Positions 9,599 through 18,059 of a stretch of 64,000 nucleotides of DNA are shown here, piece after piece. The position numbers and the translations under genes were made by a program. This stretch comes from an uncultured delta proteobacterium (GTDB lineage: Bacteria; Myxococcota; Kuafuiibacteriia; Kuafuiibacteriales; Kuafuiibacteriaceae). The stretch spans positions 1,440,001-1,504,000 of the forward strand of contig CAWDML010000009.1 in assembly GCA_963803435.1 (NCBI GenBank), in the 5' to 3' direction. Positions within the stretch are counted from its first letter, which is position 1, and each line of letters opens with the position of its first letter. The notes under the pieces are model-generated. The model worked only from the letters and a program-made list of their open reading frames with translations, did no database searches and had not been told where the DNA came from.

Positions 9599-10786
9599 TC
9601 ACATCTGCTCGAAGAGCTCGAGCGGACGCCAGACCCGGCCCGCCCAGGCGTCCTCGTCGTGCTTGGCGCCGGGCTGGTGCCAGTGCCACAGGTCGCGATC
9701 CCAGTGGTAGCCGGCCTCGGCGAACGCATCGACGGTGCGCCGGGTGCTGTCGTAGTTGTCGCCTCCGCCCGGGTTGCCGCCGGAGTCGAAGTAGAACTTC
9801 GGCCGCCGCAGCTTGCCGAGCGCGTGCACCCGGACCTCCATGCGATCTGGCGAGTCCGGGTGCTCGAAGCCGCCCCAGCCGAGGGTGCCCGAGAGACAGC
9901 CGACGAAGTCGTAGTTGTTCGGGTGCCGAAACGCGATGTGCACGGAGATGAGGCCGCCCAGCGACGACCCCATCACGCCGCGCTTCCGCGGCTGCCCGTA
10001 GCGCGACTCGATCAGGCTCTGGATCCGGTGGCGGACCAGGTCGGCGTAGACATCGCCGCGTCCGGCCGCCCAGTCGCCGTCGTTGACGTCCGGGACGTGG
10101 GTGTACTCGTCGCGGCGATCGTTCGTGTTGTCGATGCCGATGACCAGCGTCGAAGGACCCGCCGCCGCGTCGAGCTTCCATCCGCCGTTGAAGAGGTTCT
10201 GGCCGTCGTGCACGTACAGGTGGTGCGTGGGCTTCTTCGCCGGCACCCAGACCCGCACGGTGCGCGGCGCGAGCTGGCCGTCGGTGACGCCGGGCCAGCG
10301 CTCGAGGTGCGGGCCTTCGGGGGCGCGCGTCCGCGAGAACTCACCGTTCTCGTCGTAGCCGTAGAAGCGGCTGTTCGGATCGGCGAACCAGTCGCCCTCT
10401 TTCGAGACGAGCTTGTATCGCCCTTCCGGGTGTCCCGGGACGCGGAGAAAATGCAAGTTACCTTGCGATTCCATCGGCTGCGGTGTCCAGCCGTTGGCCT
10501 CCAGGCCGATGTGGAAGGGACCCTCGTCGTCGGAGAGCAGCGCGAAGATCGTCTCGCCCGCCGCGCGGATCGGCCAGCCGGCCCCATGCGCGATCTCGAT
10601 CATCGCATCGCCTCTGGGAATCTCTCCCGCCCGCATGGCCTCGAAGGTCTCGACCGCGGCGGCGGAGGCGCTGTTCGGTCGCACCGCGCTCGGAGCCTCG
10701 GGGAGAATGAGCGCAGTTCGGGCCCTGGCGGGCGGCGCGCCTTCACCCGGCCGGACGAGGGGCCGGGCGCGATCGACGGGGCGCAC
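9599..10786 (-). CDS. Alpha/beta-hydrolase esterase with N-terminal CBM48/E-set-like domain (start uncertain)
   Basis: LYVHDGQNLF, GSSLGG nucleophile elbow, YFDSG, HDEDAWAGR; upstream NGW..M..GRYKLV..GDWFADP resembles CBM48. Confidence 0.85.
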   Translation of the reverse strand: MRPVDRARPLVRPGEGAPPARARTALILPEAPSAVRPNSASAAAVETFEAMRAGEIPRGDAMIEIAHGAGWPIRAAGETIFALLSDDEGPFHIGLEANGWTPQPMESQGNLHFLRVPGHPEGRYKLVSKEGDWFADPNSRFYGYDENGEFSRTRAPEGPHLERWPGVTDGQLAPRTVRVWVPAKKPTHHLYVHDGQNLFNGGWKLDAAAGPSTLVIGIDNTNDRRDEYTHVPDVNDGDWAAGRGDVYADLVRHRIQSLIESRYGQPRKRGVMGSSLGGLISVHIAFRHPNNYDFVGCLSGTLGWGGFEHPDSPDRMEVRVHALGKLRRPKFYFDSGGNPGGGDNYDSTRRTVDAFAEAGYHWDRDLWHWHQPGAKHDEDAWAGRVWRPLELFEQM

Positions 10787-10824
10787 GCTCGGTTATCGGC
10801 GACCGCCCGGGGCCGTTCCTCGGA

Positions 10825-11220
10825 TCAACGGCCGATCCGTCCCTCGGCGACGGCCACCCGGACGTCGGCGATCAGGGGCCGATCGGCCGGCGGCATCGGC
10901 AGGGCTTCCAGCTCGGAGGGCTCGAACCACGCGATGGCCTGGCCCTCCGCGGACCGCGGCTCGCCCTCGAGCGCGACCGCGTACAGCACCAGCGCGATCG
11001 CCCCATCGTCCGCAGCGCCGACGGAACGCCCGACCACCGCCTCCACGCCGAGCTCCTCGCGGAGCTCCCGTGCCAGCGCCTCGGCGTCGGTCTCGCCCGG
11101 ATCCACCTTGCCGCCCGGAAACTCCCAGAGTCCCGCGTGACGGCCGCGGTCGGGCCGGCGATCGAGCAGCACCCTGCCCTCGCGGACGATCAACGCCGCC
11201 ACCACGCGGATCGGCTGCAC
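10825..11220 (-). CDS. NUDIX hydrolase, MutT/NudG-like
   Basis: WEFPGGKVDPGETDAEALARELREELG Nudix box; C-terminal MPPAD. Confidence 0.92.
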   Translation of the reverse strand: MQPIRVVAALIVREGRVLLDRRPDRGRHAGLWEFPGGKVDPGETDAEALARELREELGVEAVVGRSVGAADDGAIALVLYAVALEGEPRSAEGQAIAWFEPSELEALPMPPADRPLIADVRVAVAEGRIGR

Positions 11221-11229
11221 GCGGCCAGG

Positions 11230-12030
11230 CTACGCCGCTTCGTGCAAAAAGTCGTTGGGTTGCTCGGCGCGGCGCTCGCGCCAGATCGCGCGCGAGCGAG
11301 CGAACACGCCCGCGTGGCGGAGCGGATCCTCGATGCGCCGGACCTTCTTCGCGTCGCTCTTCATCTCGAGATAGCCGGAGCCGCGAACGTGACAGAGGAA
11401 GGCGCGGCGGAGCTTCGCTTCGAGCTTGCGGACACGGGCACGGTTCCAGCCCATGCGCCGGGCCGTGTTCTCCTGCGAGCACTGGGCGAGGAAGCGGAAG
11501 CGGAAGAACTGCTCCTCCTCGCGGGTGAGCGCCTCGAGGAAGCCCATGATCAGGCCGTAGATCTCGAGGTTCTCCACCTGCGACTCGGTGTCGTGCCCCT
11601 CGAGGTTCTCGTTGAGGGCCACGCGCTGGGAGACGACCCAGCTCTCGAGCGGCGAGAGATCGTCGGAGGGCGCATCCCGCATCAGCGCCTCGCCCACGGG
11701 GATCTGGCGGCGGCGCGTGGTGAGATCGGTGATGACGGCGTTGCGGGCGATGGTGAAGAGATAGTTCTTGTAGGGACGGATGCCGTCGTAGGCCTGGCGG
11801 GCCTTCACACCGAAGGCCCGGCGGAACGTCTCCTGGATGATGTCCTCGAGATCGTGCGCGTCGCCGAGCCCGGCGAAGTAGAGCTGCCGTCCCTCGCTTC
11901 GAAACGCGAAGCCGCGGAGCACGAAGCTCTTGAGGGGCCGCTCGAAGGCCCGGTAGACCGCCTCGAGCGCCTTGAGGTCGCCTTCGCGGAACCTCTCCAG
12001 AAATCCGGGATTCTTCTTGAACGGATCCAC
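11230..12030 (-). CDS. ECF-type RNA polymerase sigma factor
   Basis: GTG preceded by GGAGG; region 2 (GDLKALEAVY..LEDIIQETFRRAF..YLFTIARN) and region 4 HTH (SQENTARRMGWNRARVR). Confidence 0.85.
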   Translation of the reverse strand: MDPFKKNPGFLERFREGDLKALEAVYRAFERPLKSFVLRGFAFRSEGRQLYFAGLGDAHDLEDIIQETFRRAFGVKARQAYDGIRPYKNYLFTIARNAVITDLTTRRRQIPVGEALMRDAPSDDLSPLESWVVSQRVALNENLEGHDTESQVENLEIYGLIMGFLEALTREEEQFFRFRFLAQCSQENTARRMGWNRARVRKLEAKLRRAFLCHVRGSGYLEMKSDAKKVRRIEDPLRHAGVFARSRAIWRERRAEQPNDFLHEAA

Positions 12031-12206
12031 CAGCCCTCCGCGTATTCTGATCGGGTGCCCCACGTTCCCCGGGCAACGACCTCCAAGGGACGTGCCAGGG
12101 GTCCGGCGAGGGCGCTCACCCGGTCGTGCGGTCCTTTCGAGGGCTTGGAGACGAGACGCAGCGCGTCGAAGCATGACATCGCTGTCATGCCGGCGATGAA
12201 AAGTTC

Positions 12207-13415
12207 CTACCGGATGATCAGCGTCTTCCGTTCGGGATCGCCGCTCATCGAGGCGGGCGCGGCGTTGGCGCCGGCGCCGTAGCGCATCACCAGGAGGAGA
12301 GCCTTGTTGCTGAAGACCAGCATGTCCGGGTCATCCCACGCGGGCGGCACCGAAGTGCCCGCCGATCCGGTCGCGATGAGCTGGACCGGCTGTCCCGTGT
12401 CCACGTCGAGCACCACCGTCGCGCCGTGCGTCGAGCTCACCACCACCTGGTTCCGACCGATGAATACCGGCGCCAGCCCCGATCCGGCTCGGAACTTGTA
12501 GCGCCAGCGGATCTTGCCGTTCTCGGTGTAGAGACCGAGCACCTGGCGATCGCCGGTGACCGCGACCATGAGCCCGGACCCGGCGGCGACCAGCCCGCTG
12601 ATCCGGGCGTGGGGTTGCTTCCAGATCACCGCGCCGGTCTCGGCGTCGACCTTGAAGAGGCCCGTGTTGTACGCGGCTGCGATGACCGCCTTGCCGCCAT
12701 CCACCACCACCGGCGGGGTGTCGACGTCCGCGAAGAAGTCGGAGGCGTTGCCGATGAGCGCCACCCAGAGCGTCTGACCGCCCGTCACGTCGACGGCCAC
12801 CAGCGCGCCGTCCGAGAACCCGAGATACGCCCGGTTCTTCGCGCGATCGATCGACGGCTCCGCCTGCCCGCGGACCGTGATGCCCTCGGGCGTGGGACGC
12901 TTCGCACGCCAGAGCTTCTCGCCCTTCTCCAGATCGACAGCCTGGAAGGCGTTGGGGCGGATCGGGATCACGGCGATCGAGCTGGTGCGCGCGATGCGGC
13001 CGCCGATCGGGGCGTCCAGATCGACGCGCCAGCGCTCCTTGCCGATCTGCTCGTCGAGCGCCACCAGCGCGGAGTCGCTGCCGAGGATGACGTGCTGCTG
13101 GTACTCGATCATGGACCGGCCCACCGCGCCCATGTCGTCGCGGTGCCAGAGCTCGTCGCCGGTGCTGAGGTCGAACGCCACCAGCTTGCCCTTACGGGTG
13201 GCCACGAAGGCCCGCACGTTGTCGTCGCTGATCAGCGGGATCGTCCACTCCTCTTCGTTCGACTCGAAGAACTCGAACGTGGCGAGATCGCGCGTGTACC
13301 GGACGCCCAACACCTTGTGGAGCGTATCGGGAGCGGGCTTCACGAACCCGGGGGTCCCGGCCGCCGCGGTCTGGCCGGCCAACGCCAGGAGCGGGAGCAG
13401 CGCCAGCGCGTGCAC
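12207..13415 (-). CDS. PQQ-like beta-propeller protein, BamB-like
   Basis: Repeated LxAxDxxTGxxLW blades; signal-like N-terminus; TAGTG coupling to yfgM-like gene, matching the conserved yfgM-bamB order. Confidence 0.8.
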   Translation of the reverse strand: MHALALLPLLALAGQTAAAGTPGFVKPAPDTLHKVLGVRYTRDLATFEFFESNEEEWTIPLISDDNVRAFVATRKGKLVAFDLSTGDELWHRDDMGAVGRSMIEYQQHVILGSDSALVALDEQIGKERWRVDLDAPIGGRIARTSSIAVIPIRPNAFQAVDLEKGEKLWRAKRPTPEGITVRGQAEPSIDRAKNRAYLGFSDGALVAVDVTGGQTLWVALIGNASDFFADVDTPPVVVDGGKAVIAAAYNTGLFKVDAETGAVIWKQPHARISGLVAAGSGLMVAVTGDRQVLGLYTENGKIRWRYKFRAGSGLAPVFIGRNQVVVSSTHGATVVLDVDTGQPVQLIATGSAGTSVPPAWDDPDMLVFSNKALLLVMRYGAGANAAPASMSGDPERKTLIIR

Positions 13416-14119
13416 TACTGGAGCGCCTTCAACCGGTTCTCGGCGTACGGCTTGAGCGGCGACGCCGGATCCATGTCGACGATCGACTGATAGGCGGCGA
13501 TCGCGCCCTCCTTGTCGCCCTTCTCCTCGAGGACCCGGCCTTTGTGCTTGAGGCCGTAGTCCTTGTAGAACGGCTGGGAGCCGGCCAGCTGATCGAAGGT
13601 CTTGGCGGCGGCGTCCAGCTTGTTCTGGGCCTCCTGCGCGTATCCGAGACCCTCGAGCGCGAAGAACATGAGCTCGTCGTCCGGCTTGGCGGAGCTGACG
13701 TAGGCCTGGAACTTCTCCTCGGCCTCGGCGGGCTTGCCGAGGCGGGACAGGAGGTCGCCGTGGTAGAGCGCCGCGATCCGGGCGGCGCCGGTGTTCGGGT
13801 GCGCCTCCTCGAAGTCCGCCAGCTGCTTGGCGGCCTTCTGGTAGCCGGCCTCGAGGTCCTTGCTCGACGTGGACGTCAGCACCTTGCGGAGATCCGTGGC
13901 GTCTCGGTAGGTGTCGACCGCCTGGACCAGGTCGTTGGTGACGAGCGCGGCGCCGTGCTCCGTGCTGCTCCGGAAGTAATCGAGGCCGATCACCCCGGCG
14001 AGCACCAAAACGAGCCCGGCGAGGACCAGCTTCAGGTTGGCCTCGAACCATTTGGCGATGGTTTGGCCCTCCTGCTGGAACGCGTCGGGCGCGGCGTCTT
14101 TCGGCTTTCTCCGCGCCAT
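13415..14119 (-). CDS. YfgM-like TPR membrane protein (SecYEG ancillary subunit family)
   Basis: KWFEANLKLVLAGLVLVLAGVIG TM followed by TPR helices; directly upstream of BamB-like gene. Confidence 0.8.
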   Translation of the reverse strand: MARRKPKDAAPDAFQQEGQTIAKWFEANLKLVLAGLVLVLAGVIGLDYFRSSTEHGAALVTNDLVQAVDTYRDATDLRKVLTSTSSKDLEAGYQKAAKQLADFEEAHPNTGAARIAALYHGDLLSRLGKPAEAEEKFQAYVSSAKPDDELMFFALEGLGYAQEAQNKLDAAAKTFDQLAGSQPFYKDYGLKHKGRVLEEKGDKEGAIAAYQSIVDMDPASPLKPYAENRLKALQ

Positions 14120-14174
14120 GGGGCTGCGTTTCCGCACCTTTGACTGTACGAGTCAAGCGGTGTTGAAGCTCGCC

Positions 14175-14681
14175 ATGCGCTCCGCTGTCGGCCTCTCCGC
14201 CCTCCTCTTCTCGTTCGCGCAAACTGCGTCGGCGGCCGAGCAGGAGATCCTGCTCTCGGTCGAGCCCGCGTATGCGGTGACCACCGGCGGCATGAGCCAG
14301 CACGGGCTCGGGGGACAGGTGACCTTCGCGTACGGCCTGACCGACGCCCTCTGGATGACCGTCTCCGCCGGCGGGAGCCGGCAGCTCGCGCGCGGCGAGC
14401 TCGAGGGCCGCACGCTGCTCGAGGCCTTCGGCGGGCTCACCGCCGCCCTCGACGTGCTCCGCGTGATCCCGTTCGCCGAGCTGCTCATCGGCGTCGTCCG
14501 CGGCCAGGCCGGCAATCAAGCCCACTACGATCCGACCCTCCGCCTCGGCGCCGGCTTCGACTATCTGCTGTCGCCCTCGTTCTCGGTGGGGGCGGTGTTT
14601 CGGTACCGCCCCGTGAGCGACGCGATCGGCGACGACGATTTCACGGTGTCCGCCCGGCTGTGCTGGAGGGTCGAGCTCTGA
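14175..14681 (+). CDS. Small outer-membrane beta-barrel protein
   Basis: Signal peptide ending TASA; strands LDVLRVIPFAEL, LGAGFDYLLSPSFSVGAVFRY. Confidence 0.8.
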   Translation: MRSAVGLSALLFSFAQTASAAEQEILLSVEPAYAVTTGGMSQHGLGGQVTFAYGLTDALWMTVSAGGSRQLARGELEGRTLLEAFGGLTAALDVLRVIPFAELLIGVVRGQAGNQAHYDPTLRLGAGFDYLLSPSFSVGAVFRYRPVSDAIGDDDFTVSARLCWRVEL

Positions 14682-14728
14682 GCCGGGTCCTATGCCTTCG
14701 AAAAGTCCCGTGTTACACCTCGGGCCTG

Positions 14729-15968
14729 GTGCGCCTTTTGGCCGTCATCGCGCTCGCCCTCGCCGCCGCGCCGGCCTTCGCGCAGGATCCGCCGGTCCCG
14801 CCGGCGCCGGACGGCGGCACCCCCGAGAAGAAGAAGGAGATCGCCCCCGGCTTCGAGGAGGAGGAGGCCCCCAAGACGCCGGTCAAGCCCAAGGCGAAGG
14901 CCAAGGCCAAGGCCGAGGACGAGGAGGAGAGTCCCGACCTCCCGGCCCTCGCCACCGAGCCCGGCCGCAACGAGCGCCTGATCGAGGACATCAACGCGGC
15001 CCGCGGCGAGGTCACCCTCGGCGAGCTGGTCGACGAGATCCTCGCGGACGTCATGGCGGAGATCGCGCGGCTGCCGGTGAAGCGGGTCTCGCCGCTGGCG
15101 ATCCGGCAGATCGCCGTCGGCGCCAACGTCTCGCCCCGATACGTGGTGCAGCTCCGCAACCACCTGATCGCCCAAATCCACGCCGGCACCGAGCTCAAGG
15201 TGGTCCGCTGCATCGAGTGCGACGCCACCACCACGCGCATCGAGGGCGGCCAGTGGCTCATCACCCGGGGCATGATCAGCACCGAGGAGATGAAGGCGGT
15301 CGGCGACCAGATTCGGCGCCAAGTCGTTCCTCGACGTCACCTTCGCCTTCTCGCCCGAGGACGGGAACGTCGAGATGGACTTCCAGCTGATCCGGGTCAA
15401 GGACGCCGAGATCGTCTGGGCCGACTCGTTCCGCGCCGACGAGTCGACCCCCTCGCTGATGCGGAGCTCCGAGGCGCCCACCCGGCGCAAGGACCGACTC
15501 CGCGATCTGGAGATGCTGCTCGAGGGTCGCCCGTACTACGGGATCCACGCCTCGGCGGGCTTCATGCTGATCCCGTACAACGACCCCAACGCAGGTGACA
15601 TCACCGGCGCCACCGCAGGCTTTCGTGTTTACGAGCGCTTCGGTGTCGAACGTCGGGTGATGTTCGGCCTCGACCTGATGGGCTTCCTGAACACCACGCG
15701 GCTGGCCGGCGGCATCATCTCCGCGGGCGCCTGGTGGATCCCGTTCCGCCCCGACCTCGTCAACCCCGAGCTCCGCATCGGCGCCAAGGGCGGCGCGTTC
15801 ATCGCCGGCAGCCAAGGCAACGCGGCGATGTTCCAGCTGGGGGCCGAGGTGCTCCTGCGCTACCGGTTCGGGCTGTACCTCTATGCGCTGTTCATGACCA
15901 AGTCGACGTACGTCGACAACGAGCTCGGAGGGGTCGGAATGTCGACCGGCCTCTCCTTCAACTGGTGA
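14729..15968 (+). CDS. Secreted protein: CsgG/FlgO/TolB-N-like alpha/beta domain fused to C-terminal OM beta-barrel (one frameshift near 15312)
   Basis: GTG 14729 signal peptide (..AAAPAFA); removing one T in CAG ATT CGG joins the ORFs as QIGAKSFLDVTF..MDFQLIRVKDAEIVW; ends GLSFNW beta-signal. Confidence 0.7.
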
Positions 15969-15972
15969 GGCG

Positions 15973-16602
15973 GTGATGCGGATGCGGACAGTCGTCACCT
16001 CGATCGTCGCCCTCGGGCTCGTCGGCTGCGGCGCCTCGCAGCGGAAGATCAAGATTCCCGACAGCGTGATCGCCAACCCGAAGAAGAAGGACGCGCCCGA
16101 CCGTTCGCCGCCGCCCTACGTGGTCAAGATGTCGGACGGCCAGCACATCTGGGAGATCGAGATCCCGATCCCCACCGGCACACCCAGCTTCCAGGCGGCG
16201 ATCCCCCTCGATCTGGGCGACATCTCCAAGCGGCCGCCCGGCACCTATACCTATCAGACCGAGGCCGACCGGGAGATCATCGAGGCGAAGAAGGCGGCGG
16301 GCGAGCCGGTGCCGGAGGTGAAGCCGGGCGAAGAGCCCCACACCGCCAGCTACCTGGCGACCATCGCGCGGGTGCGGGAGCTCTTCAAGCGGCGGCAGTA
16401 CGAGATGGCGCTGGTGGACCTGGTGAAGCTCGATCGCCAGTATCCCGACGACGAGCGGATCCTGGAGATGAAGGGCACGTTGTACTTCCGGCTCAACCGC
16501 CCGAAAGAAGCCAAGAAGGCTTGGGAGCGCGTGCTCTCCTTGAACCCGAACAACGAGGGGGTCGCCCGGGCGCTCGAGCGCCTCGAGGCCGATTCGGAGT
16601 AG
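15973..16602 (+). CDS. TPR-containing lipoprotein
   Basis: LGLVGC lipobox; TPR pattern ILEMKGTLYFRLNRPKEAKKAWERVLSLNPNN. Confidence 0.85.
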   Translation: MMRMRTVVTSIVALGLVGCGASQRKIKIPDSVIANPKKKDAPDRSPPPYVVKMSDGQHIWEIEIPIPTGTPSFQAAIPLDLGDISKRPPGTYTYQTEADREIIEAKKAAGEPVPEVKPGEEPHTASYLATIARVRELFKRRQYEMALVDLVKLDRQYPDDERILEMKGTLYFRLNRPKEAKKAWERVLSLNPNNEGVARALERLEADSE

Positions 16603-16617
16603 GGAGTAGGCAGCCTC

Positions 16618-17400
16618 ATGCATGTCGTCCTCGGGATCGCGGTGACCCTCTTCGCCTTCGTGGCGAGCCACTTCACGGCCGGCGCGCTGGGGATGGGCGG
16701 ACTTCTCAACCCGGGCGCGCTGGTGCTCCTGGTGATCGCGCCGCTCGGCGTGGCGATGATCGCCCACCCGTTCACCGACTGGCGCGCCAACTTCTCGGTG
16801 CTCTTCCGCGCCTTCCAGCACGACAAGAACCGGAACCTCTACCTCGCCTCGGAGGAGATGATGGCGATCGCCCGGGCCGTACGCGAGACGCGCTGGGCCG
16901 AGGCTGAGGACGCGATCGCGCGGGCCCGCTCCGAGCAGGTGAAGAACCTGGCGCCCCACCTGTTGGCGCGGCTCGAGGGCGACGCTCTGCACGAGGCCGT
17001 CGGCAACTCCTCCTTCCGCTGGATGGCGGAGGTGAAGGGCTCGGACGACTTCCTCCAGAGCCTGGCCCGCGTCTCGCCGGCCTTCGGGATGATCGGGACG
17101 ATCATGGGGCTCGTCGATCTCTTCAAGAACATGCGGGAGTCGGCGAGCCTCGGCCCGGGCATGGCGATGGCGCTCCTGGCCACGCTGTACGGCTTGATCC
17201 TCTGCTACTGCGTGTACATGCCGCTGTCGCAGCGCGTCCGCACGTACCTGACGTCCGGCTCGCAGGAGCAGCGTGTCATCGAGCGGGCGATCAACCTGAT
17301 CGTCGACGGCCGGCCCATCCACGAGGTCCGCGGCGCGGTTCTCGACGCCGCCAACGGGACGGCCCGCGACTCGGCCTCGAGCGTGGTGCCGCTGGTATGA
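16618..17400 (+). CDS. motA: MotA/PomA-family stator A subunit
   Basis: Four-TM layout; PAFGMIGTIMGL and GPGMAMALLATLYG motifs; cytoplasmic R89/E97 pair. Confidence 0.9.
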   Translation: MHVVLGIAVTLFAFVASHFTAGALGMGGLLNPGALVLLVIAPLGVAMIAHPFTDWRANFSVLFRAFQHDKNRNLYLASEEMMAIARAVRETRWAEAEDAIARARSEQVKNLAPHLLARLEGDALHEAVGNSSFRWMAEVKGSDDFLQSLARVSPAFGMIGTIMGLVDLFKNMRESASLGPGMAMALLATLYGLILCYCVYMPLSQRVRTYLTSGSQEQRVIERAINLIVDGRPIHEVRGAVLDAANGTARDSASSVVPLV

Positions 17401-18059
17401 CCCGGAAGAGCGCCGTCGAGAGCGCCGAGGAGCTCCTCGCCAAGGCGGAGAGCGACGAGGATCCGTGGCTGCTCTCGTACGCCGACCTGGTCACGAACCT
17501 GCTGGCGTTCATGATGGTCTTGGTGTCGATGGCCGGGATCTCCTTCGAGAGCATGGAGGCGATCGAGGGCGTGTTCACGAACCTCGACGCTCGCAAGCCT
17601 CCGCCGCTGATGAAGCTCTCCGAGGAGATCAAGCAGCTGGCCGCAGCCGAAGGCCTGGGCGGGAAGGTGGAGGCGGCGATCGATCGCGAGGGCCTCGCGA
17701 TCCAGCTCCAGGATCGCATCCTGTTCCCCTCCGGCGTGGCCACGCTCTCGGCGCCGGGTCAGGATCTGGTGAAGAAGCTGGCCAATCTCCTGAATAGACT
17801 GCCGGAGCGCTACAAGGTCGACGTCGAGGGCCACACCGACGATGTGCCGATCTCGACCCCGCGCTTCAAGAGCAACTGGGACCTGGCGGCGGCCCGCGCG
17901 CTGACGGTCCGCGAGAGCCTCGAGAACGACGGTGTGCCGGACGACCGCCTCTCGATCACCGCGTACGCCGACACGCGCCCGGCCAAGGCGCCGCCGGACG
18001 AGAGCCTCGAGGATCGGCGCCGGCGCAACCGGAGGGTGGTGATTCGTGTCTACTACTGA
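17397..18059 (+). CDS. motB: MotB/PomB-family stator B subunit with OmpA-like peptidoglycan-binding domain
   Basis: WLLSYADLVTNLLAF TM motif; LFPSG, VEGHTDDVPI, SNWDLAAARA, NRRVVI; ATGA overlap with motA. Confidence 0.92.
   Translation: MTRKSAVESAEELLAKAESDEDPWLLSYADLVTNLLAFMMVLVSMAGISFESMEAIEGVFTNLDARKPPPLMKLSEEIKQLAAAEGLGGKVEAAIDREGLAIQLQDRILFPSGVATLSAPGQDLVKKLANLLNRLPERYKVDVEGHTDDVPISTPRFKSNWDLAAARALTVRESLENDGVPDDRLSITAYADTRPAKAPPDESLEDRRRRNRRVVIRVYY

Noticed and set aside
7865-11140. 1091-aa plus-strand ORF and many other long ORFs (e.g. 48692-51643+, 38494-40536+, 17956-20193-)
   Set aside because: Antisense shadows of real genes in high-GC DNA; Arg/Gly/Ala-rich with no motifs
15300-15325. 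Programmed ribosomal frameshifting at gene breaks (also 57022, 57629, 59378)
   Set aside because: No consistent slippery heptamer or phase-variable tract across the sites; the same +1 pattern hits the housekeeping gene aroA
16618-18059. ZorAB-type anti-phage motor interpretation of the MotA/MotB pair
   Set aside because: MotA lacks the long ZorA cytoplasmic tail, and no ZorC/D/E-like nuclease or helicase is adjacent
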